From assembly GCA_963777955.1 (NCBI GenBank), contig CAVZSQ010000022.1:896001-960000 (forward strand): a stretch of 64,000 nucleotides of DNA. Reading direction: 5' to 3'. The notes under the pieces were generated by a model. It made no database searches and was not told the DNA's origin. It saw only the letters and a program-made list of their open reading frames with translations. Shown piece after piece: positions 12,094 through 23,869 of the stretch (the first letter of the stretch is position 1; every line of letters starts with the position of its first letter). A program made the translations under genes and the position numbers. Source of the DNA: Calditrichia bacterium. Lineage in GTDB: Bacteria > Calditrichota > Calditrichia > JAJRVZ01.

Positions 12094-12546
12094 ATGAACA
12101 ATCTTAAAGAATTTTTACCGTTAATGTTATTTGACGGTGAATGTCTGTTATGCAACCGGCTGGTACAATTCATACTGCGTCACCAGCAAGAACCGGTTTT
12201 CTTTTTCGGTACCCTGCAATCGGCAGCTGGACAACTGGTCAGGAAAAGTAATGAGAAAACAACCTCGATTGATTCGCTGTTGCTGGTCACTGACATAATA
12301 GAAACCCGGCCGGTAGTACAGTTGAAAAGTGCTGCCGTATGGTTCATCCTCGCCCGGTTAAAATATCCCTGGCGAGTATTGATTGTTTTTAAATTACTCC
12401 CTCTTTTTATTTCAGACCGGTTATATGATTTAGTTGCAGCTTACCGTTATAAAATCTGGGGTCGGACGGAGCGCTGTTTAATTCCCGATCCTGCTTATCG
12501 GCATAGATTTATCGATAATGGCGAGGCTGGTATTGAACGTTCTTAA
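12094..12546 (+). CDS. DCC family thiol-disulfide oxidoreductase (YuxK-like)
   Basis: FDGECLLC (DxxCxxC), LQS..G, Y..VA..RY..WG...C. Confidence 0.88.
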   Translation: MNNLKEFLPLMLFDGECLLCNRLVQFILRHQQEPVFFFGTLQSAAGQLVRKSNEKTTSIDSLLLVTDIIETRPVVQLKSAAVWFILARLKYPWRVLIVFKLLPLFISDRLYDLVAAYRYKIWGRTERCLIPDPAYRHRFIDNGEAGIERS

Positions 12547-12617
12547 TTATTTTGTTTTTTAATTATCTATTTTTCATTATGCTTACATTAATTTTCAATT
12601 ATGAAAGGAAGCGATCA

Positions 12618-15600
12618 ATGCTCAATAGAAACATAAATGTCCTGTTGCTGCTGCTGTTAAGTCTGTTTGTACCGCTGCCGGCGCCGGCGCAGGATCTGTC
12701 GGATGTTGAAGTAACCGCAGCCTGGCAGGCCTGGATGAAAAATGATCATCAGCAGGTCGAGCAGCATTTTCTTAAGGCACTGGAAATGGATCCGCGCAAT
12801 TTACACGCGCAACTGGGTCTGGCCATGCTCTATGACCTGGAGAGAAAATTAGCACCTGCCGCAGAGTACTATAAAAAAATTATGAACAGTACCGATAATT
12901 ATTATCCATATTTCTATGCAGGTTGGCTGATGCCGTTAATGCGGGAAAATTATGATTCCCTGAATTCCGGCATAACCGGACTATTTCGGGATATGGCTGA
13001 ACATGCTGATTCCGGCGGAGTACTCCAAGCCATGTCGCAGGAACAGTTAGGAGAGTTTTATCAGAATAAAAATAATCTCGAGCTTTCCCGCCAGTATTAT
13101 CACCGTCTGGGTGCTATCGGCAAGTGGAAACTGATCGGTCCGTTTGATAATATATCGGCCTCCGGATTTGACAATATCTTTCCCCCGGAGTCAGAGTTCA
13201 ATGACGGCAAATCATATCCAGGCAAAAACGGAATTCCGACTCAATGGTTCGAGATCACTAAACTCAAAAATGATTTCTGGATTGATTTTCGCCGGTATTT
13301 CGCAGCCGAAGAAGCGGTATTCTATGCCAATACGTTCGTCTATTCACCCAAACGTCAACGGGTACAACTCAGAATTGGTACCTCGGGTTCATTGAAAGCA
13401 TTTTTAAATGACGAACTGGTGATCGAGTATTTCGATGAGAACAATAATGACCTGGATACCTATATAACTGAAACCGAACTGCAGAAAGGCTGGAATCGCC
13501 TGTTGATTAAATGCGGCTTTTCGGAAATTGACCGCTGCAATTTTCTGGCCCGGATTACCAACCCCGGCGGGGATCCTGTTTCCGGTCTGGACTATTCGGT
13601 TAAAACTCAGAAGTATCCCTCCCGTCCCGGTGCCGGCAGCAAAATCATCGAAAATTTTGCCGAATCTTTTTTCAGGAAATTGATCAGACTGCAACCAGAT
13701 CTGATCGAAAATTATATCCTGCTGGCCCAGTGCTACCTGCGCAATGATAAAGCCATCGAAGCTGAATTAGTACTCAAAGACGCACTGAATTATGCGCCGG
13801 GCTGTGCCCTGATTTATTATCATCTGCTGGAAGCTTATCAGCGGGGTGAAAAAAATGACGAAGTAGCTGCTACTATCGAGAAAATATATACGCTGGATAA
13901 AAATATTCCACGGGTGCTAGCCCTGAAATTAAACACTTATTTGCGGAATGAACAGCACGACTATGTGGAGAAGATGCTGGCGGAAATCAAGCGTTTGCTG
14001 CCGGATTCAGACTATTATTATGAGTTCCTGATCAATTATTATCTGACCCGCGAGGAATATGATCAGTTGATCGAAGCAAATAATTCAGCCTATAAACGCT
14101 ATCCGCGCAACTGGAGTTTTGTATATTATGAATCGCTATTGAATATGCGCATGCTGCATGACAGTAAAACTGCCATAGCCATTCTGGAAGAATTTGCCCA
14201 AACCAATACCGATGTCTCGGTATTCACAACTCTGGCCGATACGTATTTGCAGACCGGGGATTTAGCCGGCTGGGAGAAGTGCTATCAGAAACTGTTCATC
14301 CTGGAACCGGCAGCTGTCGGATATTATTATAAAATGGCCGACGTTTATTATAAATCACAGCGATTCCGGGATTCTGAAAATGCCATAAAAAATGCCCTGG
14401 AAATATGTCCCAATAATCCAGCCTACTTGTCTTTCCTGGGTGATCTGTACAAAGCCCAGGGGGATAAAAAGGAGGCCGAGAAATTTTATAAACAGACTTT
14501 ACTATTCAACCGCACCGATTATGACACCCGCGAAAAACTGCGCAAATTGCAGGATAAAGACTCGATTTTTGAACTGTTTACGCAATTTGATATCGATAGT
14601 CTGGTTCAGCATGCTCCCCTCCAGAAAACCTATCCCGATGCCAAGGGTGTCATTCTGCTGCGCAATGTGAACCGGGTAGTCTATGAAGAGGGTGCTTCGG
14701 AATCGCTGGAAGAATTACTGGTCCGGGTATTCAATAGCCGCGGCATCGATGATTTTAAAGAATTCAGGATCAGTTATAATCCTTATACAGAAGGATTAAC
14801 TATCGAAAAAGCGGTGGTGATAAAATCAGATGGATCAGAAGTTAAGGCTGATGCCGAAGATAATTACGTGGTATTCAAATCCCTGGAAGAAAATGATTTT
14901 ATTTATCTGCGCTGGAAGGTAAAAAATTATTATAATGGAAAATTGTCCGAACATTTCTGGGATAAATTTAATTTCAACGGTGCCTATCCTATCGACAAGG
15001 CCCGGGTCGCTTTACTGATTCCCGCGGATTTTGATTTTCATTACAGCACGCAGAATATGGACATTAAACCGGTTATACATGATACACCCGATGGACAGAT
15101 GTACGTCTGGCAAAGTCAATTTGAGGCTTCAATCGGACATGAACAGGGCATGCCTGGTCTTGACGATGTGGGTAAAATACTATACATCTCCAGTATTAAA
15201 GACTGGGCTTATCTGGTAAACTGGTACCAGGACCTGGCCCGGACAAAAACCAGAAGTTCCTATGAGATCAAAAGCGTGGTGGACAAACTTCTACAGCATA
15301 AGGAAAACCTGAACCAGGAAGAGAAAATCAAACTGATTTACGATTACATTACCGAAAATATCCGTTATAGCAGCGTGTCCTTCCGGCAATCGGGATTGGT
15401 ACCACAAAAGGCCAGGGACGTGCTGGTCAACCGCATTGGCGATTGCAAGGATACCGCCACACTGTGCATAGCTATGTTAAAAGAAGCGGGTATCGATGCT
15501 GATTATGTACTGGTTAATACCCGCGATGAGGGATTAAATCAAAAGGCCTTGCCCTCTATTTCCTTCAATCATTGTATTGCAGCGGTGGAGACCCAGAAAG

Positions 15601-16382
15601 GTCCTTTATATCTGGACCTGACCGCTAATAATTTTCCATTGGGTGCGGTTCCCGAAATGGACATGCAAAGTTTTTCCCTGCTGATAAAGAATGGGGTTAA
15701 ACAGCCGCAGTATATTGCTTCCGATCTGATCCTCAACCGCGAAATATATCGCCAGACCAGCCTGGAAATTCCGGATGATAATTCGGCCAGGATTAAGAGT
15801 TCCTGCCAGAGCAGCGGCACCCCCAGTGCCATGGTTCGTTACCGTTACCGGCAAAAAGGGCAGCAGGAACGTGAAATTGTTTTGACCGAACAGTTAAGTA
15901 AGGATTTCCCCAATGTGAGTCTGAAACATCTTGAATTCAGCAATCTGGATGAGTTGAATACTTCGGTCAGTTATCAGTTTGAATATGAAGTTCCGCAATT
16001 TGTCATCGACGCCGGCAGTGTTAAAATTTTACCCGTGCCCTGGCGGGATAAACTTCAAGCCAACCGGGCGCTTTCCTATGACGTCAGAAAATATCTCTAT
16101 AATTACTGGCCGGAAGCGGATTTATTTGTGGAGGAACTGGAAATTAAATTGCCCGAGCACTACCAGCCGATTGAATTAAGCGCGGAGAAAAAACTGAGTA
16201 GTTCCGTGGCCGATTATAAATTATCGTTCACTTACGGAGCGGGGATCATCAAAGCACGGCGGGAGTTAAAGAATAAAAAGATGGATATTACACCCGAACA
16301 ATACGAAGAATTCAAGAAATTCTACAATGCCGTTCTGGTGGAAGATTCCAAACCCATCCTGTTGCAGCGTAAAGAAAACTAA
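12618..16382 (+). CDS. Secreted TPR + DUF3857 + transglutaminase-like domain protein
   Basis: Signal peptide; beta domain WKLIGPF...LQKGWNRLLIK; multiple TPRs; TGase-like triad GDCKD, FNHCI, YLDLT. Confidence 0.85.
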   Translation: MLNRNINVLLLLLLSLFVPLPAPAQDLSDVEVTAAWQAWMKNDHQQVEQHFLKALEMDPRNLHAQLGLAMLYDLERKLAPAAEYYKKIMNSTDNYYPYFYAGWLMPLMRENYDSLNSGITGLFRDMAEHADSGGVLQAMSQEQLGEFYQNKNNLELSRQYYHRLGAIGKWKLIGPFDNISASGFDNIFPPESEFNDGKSYPGKNGIPTQWFEITKLKNDFWIDFRRYFAAEEAVFYANTFVYSPKRQRVQLRIGTSGSLKAFLNDELVIEYFDENNNDLDTYITETELQKGWNRLLIKCGFSEIDRCNFLARITNPGGDPVSGLDYSVKTQKYPSRPGAGSKIIENFAESFFRKLIRLQPDLIENYILLAQCYLRNDKAIEAELVLKDALNYAPGCALIYYHLLEAYQRGEKNDEVAATIEKIYTLDKNIPRVLALKLNTYLRNEQHDYVEKMLAEIKRLLPDSDYYYEFLINYYLTREEYDQLIEANNSAYKRYPRNWSFVYYESLLNMRMLHDSKTAIAILEEFAQTNTDVSVFTTLADTYLQTGDLAGWEKCYQKLFILEPAAVGYYYKMADVYYKSQRFRDSENAIKNALEICPNNPAYLSFLGDLYKAQGDKKEAEKFYKQTLLFNRTDYDTREKLRKLQDKDSIFELFTQFDIDSLVQHAPLQKTYPDAKGVILLRNVNRVVYEEGASESLEELLVRVFNSRGIDDFKEFRISYNPYTEGLTIEKAVVIKSDGSEVKADAEDNYVVFKSLEENDFIYLRWKVKNYYNGKLSEHFWDKFNFNGAYPIDKARVALLIPADFDFHYSTQNMDIKPVIHDTPDGQMYVWQSQFEASIGHEQGMPGLDDVGKILYISSIKDWAYLVNWYQDLARTKTRSSYEIKSVVDKLLQHKENLNQEEKIKLIYDYITENIRYSSVSFRQSGLVPQKARDVLVNRIGDCKDTATLCIAMLKEAGIDADYVLVNTRDEGLNQKALPSISFNHCIAAVETQKGPLYLDLTANNFPLGAVPEMDMQSFSLLIKNGVKQPQYIASDLILNREIYRQTSLEIPDDNSARIKSSCQSSGTPSAMVRYRYRQKGQQEREIVLTEQLSKDFPNVSLKHLEFSNLDELNTSVSYQFEYEVPQFVIDAGSVKILPVPWRDKLQANRALSYDVRKYLYNYWPEADLFVEELEIKLPEHYQPIELSAEKKLSSSVADYKLSFTYGAGIIKARRELKNKKMDITPEQYEEFKKFYNAVLVEDSKPILLQRKEN

Positions 16383-16499
16383 CAGCTGCAACATTTCAGG
16401 GAATGAACGTGTCTTTCTTAATTATGGCTGGTAATCATCATTCCGGGAAAAAATTCCCGACACTTTACTCGGCAAACGGCTTAGAACCGGGAGAGTAAT

Positions 16500-18531
16500 A
16501 TGAACAGGATCAGCTGGTTGTTAGTGTCATATTATTTTGTCAGCCTGGCTGACCTGGCCGCTCCTGCCGGCCTGTTCGCTCAACAACCGATGTTTCCCCA
16601 GCCGCTCAGTCCCCGTCTGGCCAATTACCAGATTGATGTGCTCCTGGATACCCGGGAGAAAAAACTGTACGGCAGTGAAATTTTACAGTGGAAAAATTCA
16701 TCGACTGATAACATTAATATCCTGCAGTTTCACCTGTACCTGAATGGTTTCAGGAATAATCAAAGTACTTATTTGCAGGGAGAAGGCGGACGGGCAAGTT
16801 CAGAGTTTCTTGAGGAAGTAAATGGCTGGGGCTGGATCAGGATTACTAAAATCGGTTTGCCGGATGGCACGGTTTTGTCCGATAGTTGTACTTATATCCA
16901 ACCGGATGATCAGAATAAGGAAGACCAGAGTGTACTGCAGGTCACTTTACCTTATGCCCTGAAGCCCGGACAGGTGATAACACTGGAAATTGAGTTTGAA
17001 GCACAATTACCCAGGGTCATCGCCCGCACCGGTTATGAGCGTAATTTTTTTATGATCGGACAGTGGTTCCCCAAAATAGGGGTGTACGAACCGGCGGGTT
17101 TACGCGGTGCTGTGCAGGGTCGCTGGAATTGTCATCAGTTTCATGCTACCAGCGAGTTTTATGCCGATTACGGGATTTATGAGGTAACCATCAGGTTGCC
17201 GCAGGAATACATCGTTGCCGCCAGCGGGATTAAAATCGCCGAAAGGGCAGAAAGTGACGGAACCAAAAGCCTGACTTATTACTGTGAAGATGTTCATGAT
17301 TTTGCCTGGAGTGCTGATACAGATTTTCAGATTGTCGAGGATCAATGGCAACAGGTAAAATTGTATTTTTATGGCCAGCCTTTGCACATGGCTCAGGCTC
17401 AGCGTCATCTGCAGGCAGCAAAAAATATGTTACAATATTGCAGTGAGTGGATAGGTCCCTATCCATACCCGGCTTTTACCATTGTGGATCCTCAATACAA
17501 AGCATTTGAGGCGGCCGGAATGGAATATCCCACCCTGGTCACGGCCGGCACATTCTGGCTGATGCCGCAGGGTGTCAGATTCCCGGAAGATGTGACGGTT
17601 CATGAAGGTGTTCATAATTACTTTTATGGCCTGATCGGCAGTAATGAGTTCGAGGAAGCCTGGCTGGATGAGGGTCTGACCACCTACATGGGCTACAAGA
17701 TCATGGAACATTACTATGGCCAGGGTGAAGGAGCCGTGCTGAATATACGTGGACCTGCAGATTAACTTCCTGCAGTGGGATTGGGCAGTATACAGCGCTT
17801 TGTCGCGGCATGATATTATCATGAAAAAGGCCTGGGAATATGAACGGGGTGGATACGGGGTGTTCGCCTATACTAAACCAGCCCTGATGTTACTGACACT
17901 GGAAAATTATGTCGGTGCGGATGTTATGCAAGATATCCTGCAGCAGTATTATGCTCAGTATAAATTCAGGCATCCCTGCACCGCTGATTTTATCAGGCTG
18001 GTCAATCAGGTCAGTGGCCAGGATCTGAATTGGTTTTTTGATCAGATACTGTACGGCAGCAGTACACTGGATTATAAACTGGATAAAATAACCTTCCGGA
18101 TCAAAAGTAAACGGCAGGGTATCTTCGCGGATTCAGCGGTAACGCGAGCCGATACATTACAGGTTGTCAGCGAAAATGATTCCACTACAGCAAACGCCGA
18201 CCAGGATTCGGCCCGAATATATATCAGTAAGGTAACCGTGGCCCGGGATGGGGAAGTTGTTTTTCCAGTGGAAATCCTGGTGAAATTTGATGACGGGGAA
18301 GAAATCCTGGAAAAATGGGATGGCCGGCAAAGATATATTGTTTACAAGTATGAAAAACCGGCTAAAGTCGTTTCGGCCGAAGTTGATCCCCTGCGCAAGG
18401 TCTGGTTAGACCGCAATTTCATGAATAATGGTAAAACAACGGAGATAAACCAATCCGCCCGGAATAAATATACTCTACGTTGGCTGTTCTGGATGCAGAA
18501 TTTGCTGTTGAGTACGAGTATTTTTAATTGA
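16500..18531 (+). CDS. Secreted M1-family metallo-aminopeptidase (frameshift near 17750)
   Basis: QWFPK, EDVHDFAW, GMEYP, HEGVH...WLDEG; C-terminal half (YTKP, FRHP) in the next frame. Confidence 0.88.
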
Positions 18532-18586
18532 AATTAATGGGCAAAGGTCGGAGATCTGCCGCTAGGCAGAGGTAAAGGATTTTGCC

Positions 18587-19455
18587 ATGAGAAATTTAAT
18601 TTCTGTCTATGCAGCAGGATTAAAAAATTCCTGGGCGCAGAAGAAAATGTTGTTTTTCCTTTATGGCATTAATCTGCTGTTTGCTTATCTGGTATCTTTG
18701 CCCTTTGCCGCTATGGTAGAGCAGGCACTGGATCAGACGGCAATGGCTGATAAATTATTACAGGCTTTTGATTTCACCGCGCTGGCAACACTTATACAGG
18801 AATATGGCCGCGGTGTCAGCTGAGCTGGAATATTTTCGTATTTGTCATTTGCTATGGATTGTTAAATACATTTTTCAGCGGTGGGATTATAAAAATATTT
18901 TATTTGAACATGAATTTTACCTTCCGCGAGTTCTGGGCAGGTTGTGTGGAATATTTTTCACGCCTCTTCAAGTTGCTACTGATCGGCCTCGTTATGATTT
19001 TTGCGGTCTTTATATTCTATCTGTTGATTTCCGGGTTAGTGGATATCATGACTGAAAATACACTGACCGAATTCTGGCCGTTTGTTTTAATTGGACTGAA
19101 ATTGGTTATACTGGCTGTTCTGCTGGCCTGGGTCAACATGTTATTTGATTATACTAAAATAATAATTGTGAGGCACGACCTTAAAAGTGTAGTCCAGGCA
19201 TTATCCCATTCATTTAAATTTATTGGAAGTCATTTTATAAAAACTTGTGGAATCTATATCGGATTATTGATACTAGGATTTTGTCTCCTCATTATCTACC
19301 TGGGGCTGGAACAACTTATAACCACAAATACAATAACTGGAATATTTTTATTTTTTATCGTATCGCAATTTTATATAATATTCAGAATATGGTGGCGGAT
19401 AAATTACTATTACGTCCAGGGTACATATTATTTAAATACTACAGCGTTGATATAA
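18587..19455 (+). CDS. Polytopic membrane protein (frameshift near 18820)
   Basis: Two hydrophobic ORFs join with a one-base shift (GVS/LSWNIF...LNTFFSGG). Confidence 0.65.
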
Positions 19456-19538
19456 CATTCAGAAAGTAATCATTGGAGTCTGATTGATTTTATATCACTA
19501 GTGTATTTATAAAGCCGGGTCTGACGAAAGTAAACATA

Positions 19539-21017
19539 TTGCATCCACTACGAGATTTATTTAATCAAAGTACTATTTACTCAATCGGAAATGTAGCAAT
19601 CAAAGTTGTTGGCTTATTTCTGATTCCCCTTTGTTTAAATCCAAAGTATTTAACGGTCGCTGAATTCAACTTGTGGGGAATAATTGTTCCTGCGTCGCAA
19701 GTATTGGTTATCCTGATTGGTTTGGGATTAAATCAAAGTATTATCCGTTATTATGGCGATTCAATAAACTTCACTAATCAGAAGTCACTGATCAGTACGA
19801 TCTTTATGGTAACTCTGATCTGCGCGCTGCTATTGACGGTAGTTGGCCTGGTCATTTCATATCATATATTCACAGAAAAACTATTCTGGATCATACTGGT
19901 AGTATTGATCTATGTCGCTGTGGAAACAATCATGCGTGTGCCGGTAGATTTACTCCGGGCCCAAGAGCGTCCCGCAACTTATGCCGTCATAAATTTATTG
20001 AAAGTTATTGTGACCTTTGTTTTAACTATTTATTTTCTGGTCAGTGCGCGCATGGGTATCTGGGCATTATTGTGGGGGCAATTGATCGGATCAACAGTAA
20101 TCTTAATATACCTGCTGTTACTGCAAAGCCGATTTCTATTCGATCGACTTTCCCGGTCGTGGTTCGACAAAGCAATCGGGTATGGTAGTCCACTTATTTG
20201 GGCAAGCTTGAGCAGTGTTTTATTAAACATGGGCGACCGGTTCCTGATCGAATATTTTATGGGTAAGAATGCAATTGGTCCAGTAGCGGTCTATACTCTG
20301 GCCGTGCAAATAGCCGGCGTACTCAATATGTTCCTGGTCCAATCCTTTAATTCAGTATTTATTATTATTGCCATACGGAACTTAAAAAATTCGGACCAGA
20401 GTGCTTATTTTTTCCGGAGTACCTTTCGCATCTATGGACTGCTTCTGCTACTTGTGGGAATGGGCTTGAGCATTATAGCACCGGAAGGTATAGAATTATT
20501 AATACGGTATTTTCACAGCGACCCGATTTATAAAAATGCGGCCTGGCTGGTTTCGTTAATCACATTTGGATATGTCTTTCTGGGTATGACGACTGTGGTT
20601 GTGATTGGATTGCATATATTGAAACGCAGCGGATTAATCTCGGTGACAATTATTATTGCGATGTTTTTCAACTTGATTATTAACTGTTTTTTAATTCCAC
20701 ATTATGGTCTTTGGGGGGCTGCGGCTGCCACAATTCTGGCCTATGCTCTTTTATTTATTCTTACCCTTTACCTGGCAGAACATGTTTATCAAGTAGGTTA
20801 TCCTGTATTCTTTTTTATAAAATGGTTCGCGGGCATATCGAGCCTGGTAGTTCTGCTGCTGATCTGGCCTGCCGGTACAATATTATTTCGTCTGATCATT
20901 AAAATCTCTATTATACTGGCACTGCTGTTGCTTTTGGCGATCATATACCGGAAAGAGATTCGGCATTTGATACAACGCACTCGAGCTATCGATATGGAAT
21001 TCAACTCTACAAAATGA
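19539..21017 (+). CDS. wzx: Polysaccharide flippase (Wzx/MOP superfamily)
   Basis: Many TM segments, S.IY..G N-terminus, DRFLI, N..LIP.YG..GAA.AT motif. Confidence 0.85.
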   Translation: MHPLRDLFNQSTIYSIGNVAIKVVGLFLIPLCLNPKYLTVAEFNLWGIIVPASQVLVILIGLGLNQSIIRYYGDSINFTNQKSLISTIFMVTLICALLLTVVGLVISYHIFTEKLFWIILVVLIYVAVETIMRVPVDLLRAQERPATYAVINLLKVIVTFVLTIYFLVSARMGIWALLWGQLIGSTVILIYLLLLQSRFLFDRLSRSWFDKAIGYGSPLIWASLSSVLLNMGDRFLIEYFMGKNAIGPVAVYTLAVQIAGVLNMFLVQSFNSVFIIIAIRNLKNSDQSAYFFRSTFRIYGLLLLLVGMGLSIIAPEGIELLIRYFHSDPIYKNAAWLVSLITFGYVFLGMTTVVVIGLHILKRSGLISVTIIIAMFFNLIINCFLIPHYGLWGAAAATILAYALLFILTLYLAEHVYQVGYPVFFFIKWFAGISSLVVLLLIWPAGTILFRLIIKISIILALLLLLAIIYRKEIRHLIQRTRAIDMEFNSTK

Positions 21018-21029
21018 ATAATAATTAGA

Positions 21030-22097
21030 ATGAAGCAAAAATCCGGTCCGGCTTGTCGGTTATTGGTCTTAACTTATGGTTCCTGGGACCATGCCAGTTC
21101 GCGCGAGCGCGCCTTAAAATATATAGACTTATTAAAGTCTGCGGGAAACTGTAACATCCGTTGGCTACCACGGGTTCCACGCCGCTCGCCTTCTTTAATG
21201 CCAAGGTTAATATTCCCTGTCCGGAAACAATGGCTAAAAATTAAGCGCTATTATATCTTGTTGTTTTTTAAATGGGACATTGTGTTTATTCAACGACTTT
21301 TTTTATCATCCTGGCTTTTAAAGCAATTGCAGAAGAAAAAGGTATCTATCCGTTATGACTTTGATGACGCTATTTATCTGGATAAACCCGGAGAATCAGT
21401 AAATCTAAAGCGTACTGTTACAATGATACAGGCCGCCAGTAAGGTAATGGTAAGTACGCCTGAATTAGTAGATTTCTGCAAAACTTATAACTGCAGCCCC
21501 GATATTATTGCAACTCCGGTCGACACCGGGCGTATCAGGCCCGGGCCAGTAAAAAAAGATGATTCAACATTTACCATCGGCTGGATTGGTTCCCCTTCGA
21601 CCACAAAATATCTGGAAGAAATTGCCCGGCCATTAGTTAAAGTATCAAAAGTTCGAAAAATAAATTTATTAGTGGTGGGTGCAGATCTACGACAATACAC
21701 ACTTCCGGATATACCAGTCACCAGAGCAAAATGGGATTATGAGCAAGAACCACAATTACTGCAGCAAATGACTATTGGAGTCATGCCCTTGCCGGATAAT
21801 GAATGGACCCGCGCTAAAGCGGGTTATAAGTTGTTGCTTTATATGTCGGCCGGACTGGCGGTCATTGCCTCGCCGGTTGGAATCAATAAAGAGATTATTG
21901 TAAATGGCGAAACGGGCTTTTTGGCGCAGAATCAGGAAGAGTGGATAAAATATTTTATTCAATTATGTGATGATCCGCTGCTGCGCAATAAGATGGGGGC
22001 CAGAGGGCGGAATCTGGTTATGGCCCGATTCGAGCGCTTAATATGTTTCCAGAAATTAAAAGAAAGTCTGTTTACTTCAGGATTAAAGTATGACTAA
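21030..22097 (+). CDS. Glycosyltransferase family 4
   Basis: YDFDDAI, IGWIGS, IGVMPL...K.GYK...YM.AGL.VIASPVG.N.EI. Confidence 0.9.
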   Translation: MKQKSGPACRLLVLTYGSWDHASSRERALKYIDLLKSAGNCNIRWLPRVPRRSPSLMPRLIFPVRKQWLKIKRYYILLFFKWDIVFIQRLFLSSWLLKQLQKKKVSIRYDFDDAIYLDKPGESVNLKRTVTMIQAASKVMVSTPELVDFCKTYNCSPDIIATPVDTGRIRPGPVKKDDSTFTIGWIGSPSTTKYLEEIARPLVKVSKVRKINLLVVGADLRQYTLPDIPVTRAKWDYEQEPQLLQQMTIGVMPLPDNEWTRAKAGYKLLLYMSAGLAVIASPVGINKEIIVNGETGFLAQNQEEWIKYFIQLCDDPLLRNKMGARGRNLVMARFERLICFQKLKESLFTSGLKYD

Positions 22098-22692
22098 AGA
22101 AGAATTATTGGAGCGGCTGAATAATTCTACCACAGCGGTGCTGGTAGAGTTAGGGTGTGGCCAGCATAAGTCACCGGTAGCTATTGGCATCGATAAACGT
22201 GCCCTGGATGGTGTCGATATTATCGCGGATTTAGAAGAGGGATTATCATATTTTCCTGATGGTTCGGTAGATACAGTCTATTCGCGGCATGTTCTTGAGC
22301 ATATCGATAATCTTGAACCGCTCATGCGCGAAATTTACCGTATATTAAAAGTTAATGGAAAACATGTGGCTATCGTGCCGCACTTTTCAAATCCATATTA
22401 CTATTCTGATTTTACACATAAACATTTTTTTGGACTTTATACTTTCGATTATTTTTGTGAAACACAAAGTAGCATGCGCTATAAAGTACCGGTATTTTAT
22501 ACGGATTATAAATTTACCCTGATTGAGCGTAAGTTGATTTTTAAATCATTGTACCCGGTAAGAAGCAGGATAAAACGGTATATTCAAAAATTGTTCAATG
22601 CGTCACCCTATCTTCAGGAATTCTATGAAGAATGTCTTTGTCATCTGATTCCGTGCCATGAGGTGGAATTTGTAATGCTGCGGAAAAAGTGA
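22090..22692 (+). CDS. Class I SAM-dependent methyltransferase
   Basis: VELGCG, HVLEH, RILK..G, D.TH motif. Confidence 0.85.
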   Translation: MTKEELLERLNNSTTAVLVELGCGQHKSPVAIGIDKRALDGVDIIADLEEGLSYFPDGSVDTVYSRHVLEHIDNLEPLMREIYRILKVNGKHVAIVPHFSNPYYYSDFTHKHFFGLYTFDYFCETQSSMRYKVPVFYTDYKFTLIERKLIFKSLYPVRSRIKRYIQKLFNASPYLQEFYEECLCHLIPCHEVEFVMLRKK

Positions 22693-22702
22693 AGTGCACG
22701 AT

Positions 22703-23704
22703 TTATTTATTCAAGATAGCCAGGAGTGCCTGTTCCCGTTGTTCGCTCGTAAAATATTTTAGAATCCTTGCTCTGGCCTGCTTGCCAAGATTTGCCGGTG
22801 CCTGCATCGCTTTTTGAATGAGTTCACAGGCAGAATCTATCCGTCTTTGATCCAGAATGTACCCGCAATCGCCAATCGCGTTAGGGATGCCATTCACATC
22901 CGATCCCACGGGAATACACTCACAGAGCATGGCTTCACATACCGCATTGGGCAAACCTTCTTTAAGCGAAAACTGGGCATATACCCTGGCCCGGGAATAA
23001 AAATTTCTCAGTTCCGGCTGAGGCATAGATTCGAAAAATTTAACGTTGGCCGGAACAGCCAGGTCCCGGCTGAAGTCCCTGGAAAGTCCGATAATATAAA
23101 ATTCATATTGAGGAAGACCGGTGGCAACTTCGATAAAAAAGTCGATCCCTTTGAGTTTAATTCGTTGATACGAATTGCCCGTGGCAACAGTCAGGGCCAT
23201 ATCCTGTTTAGTCTGATCACAATACCAGGTCTGCGGATCATAACCGGTCGGCAGAGGTATAATCTTTCCGCGTATTTTCTTGATCCGTTGCCGGGCTTCA
23301 TCGGTTAATGATTTATCCACGGGCAGGAGATAATCGGCATGGCGTATGGCAAAACTCGCAAAAAAAGAACGCAGAGGATTGGAAAAAACTCCGTACTTTA
23401 TTTCGGGTATATAGGTTACATCATAACCGCCCAGTACCAGAAATGATTTTTTGCTGAAGATCTTGCTGAAAAGAACAGGCAGGAAGGAATGGTAGTCGGC
23501 AAACCAGATATAAATGCAGCCGGCCGAAGGTGTATTTTTAAGCAGGAAGAAAAATAAAGCAACCTGACACTTGAAATGAGCCCATATACTTTTACCCAGG
23601 CTACCCAGGGGATATTGAAAAGATTTTACCTTGAAATTCCTGCTTAATATGCTGAGATCAGCTTTTACAAAGGATGAATTGACGGTGTGTATAAATAAAA
23701 TCAT
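22703..23704 (-). CDS. Glycosyltransferase family 4
   Basis: KG.D, EGLPNAVCEAM..C.PV.S.V.G motif. Confidence 0.88.
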   Translation of the reverse strand: MILFIHTVNSSFVKADLSILSRNFKVKSFQYPLGSLGKSIWAHFKCQVALFFFLLKNTPSAGCIYIWFADYHSFLPVLFSKIFSKKSFLVLGGYDVTYIPEIKYGVFSNPLRSFFASFAIRHADYLLPVDKSLTDEARQRIKKIRGKIIPLPTGYDPQTWYCDQTKQDMALTVATGNSYQRIKLKGIDFFIEVATGLPQYEFYIIGLSRDFSRDLAVPANVKFFESMPQPELRNFYSRARVYAQFSLKEGLPNAVCEAMLCECIPVGSDVNGIPNAIGDCGYILDQRRIDSACELIQKAMQAPANLGKQARARILKYFTSEQREQALLAILNK

Positions 23705-23777
23705 AGTGAAGTGCAAAGTAGAATAAATATTATAATTAATTACTCCGGTTGATGATCAAAGGACTACAAAAACAATA

Positions 23778-23816
23778 ATAATGGAGGGAATTAAATTAAT
23801 TAATTCCCTTCATTAT
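23778..23816 (-). terminator. Hairpin/putative terminator after the LamG-cohesin gene
   Basis: ATGGAGGGAATTAA...TTAATTCCCTTCAT inverted repeat. Confidence 0.5.
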
Positions 23817-23869
23817 AAAAGTAGGATGATAGTGAATAAACTTCAAGAAAAATATGTATTTAGATCAAA

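Noticed and set aside
16440..18580. c-di-GMP-I riboswitch candidates (GGCAAA at about 16471 and 18540)
   Set aside because: No GNRA-capped P2 stem or downstream GCAAA/P1 pairing could be built
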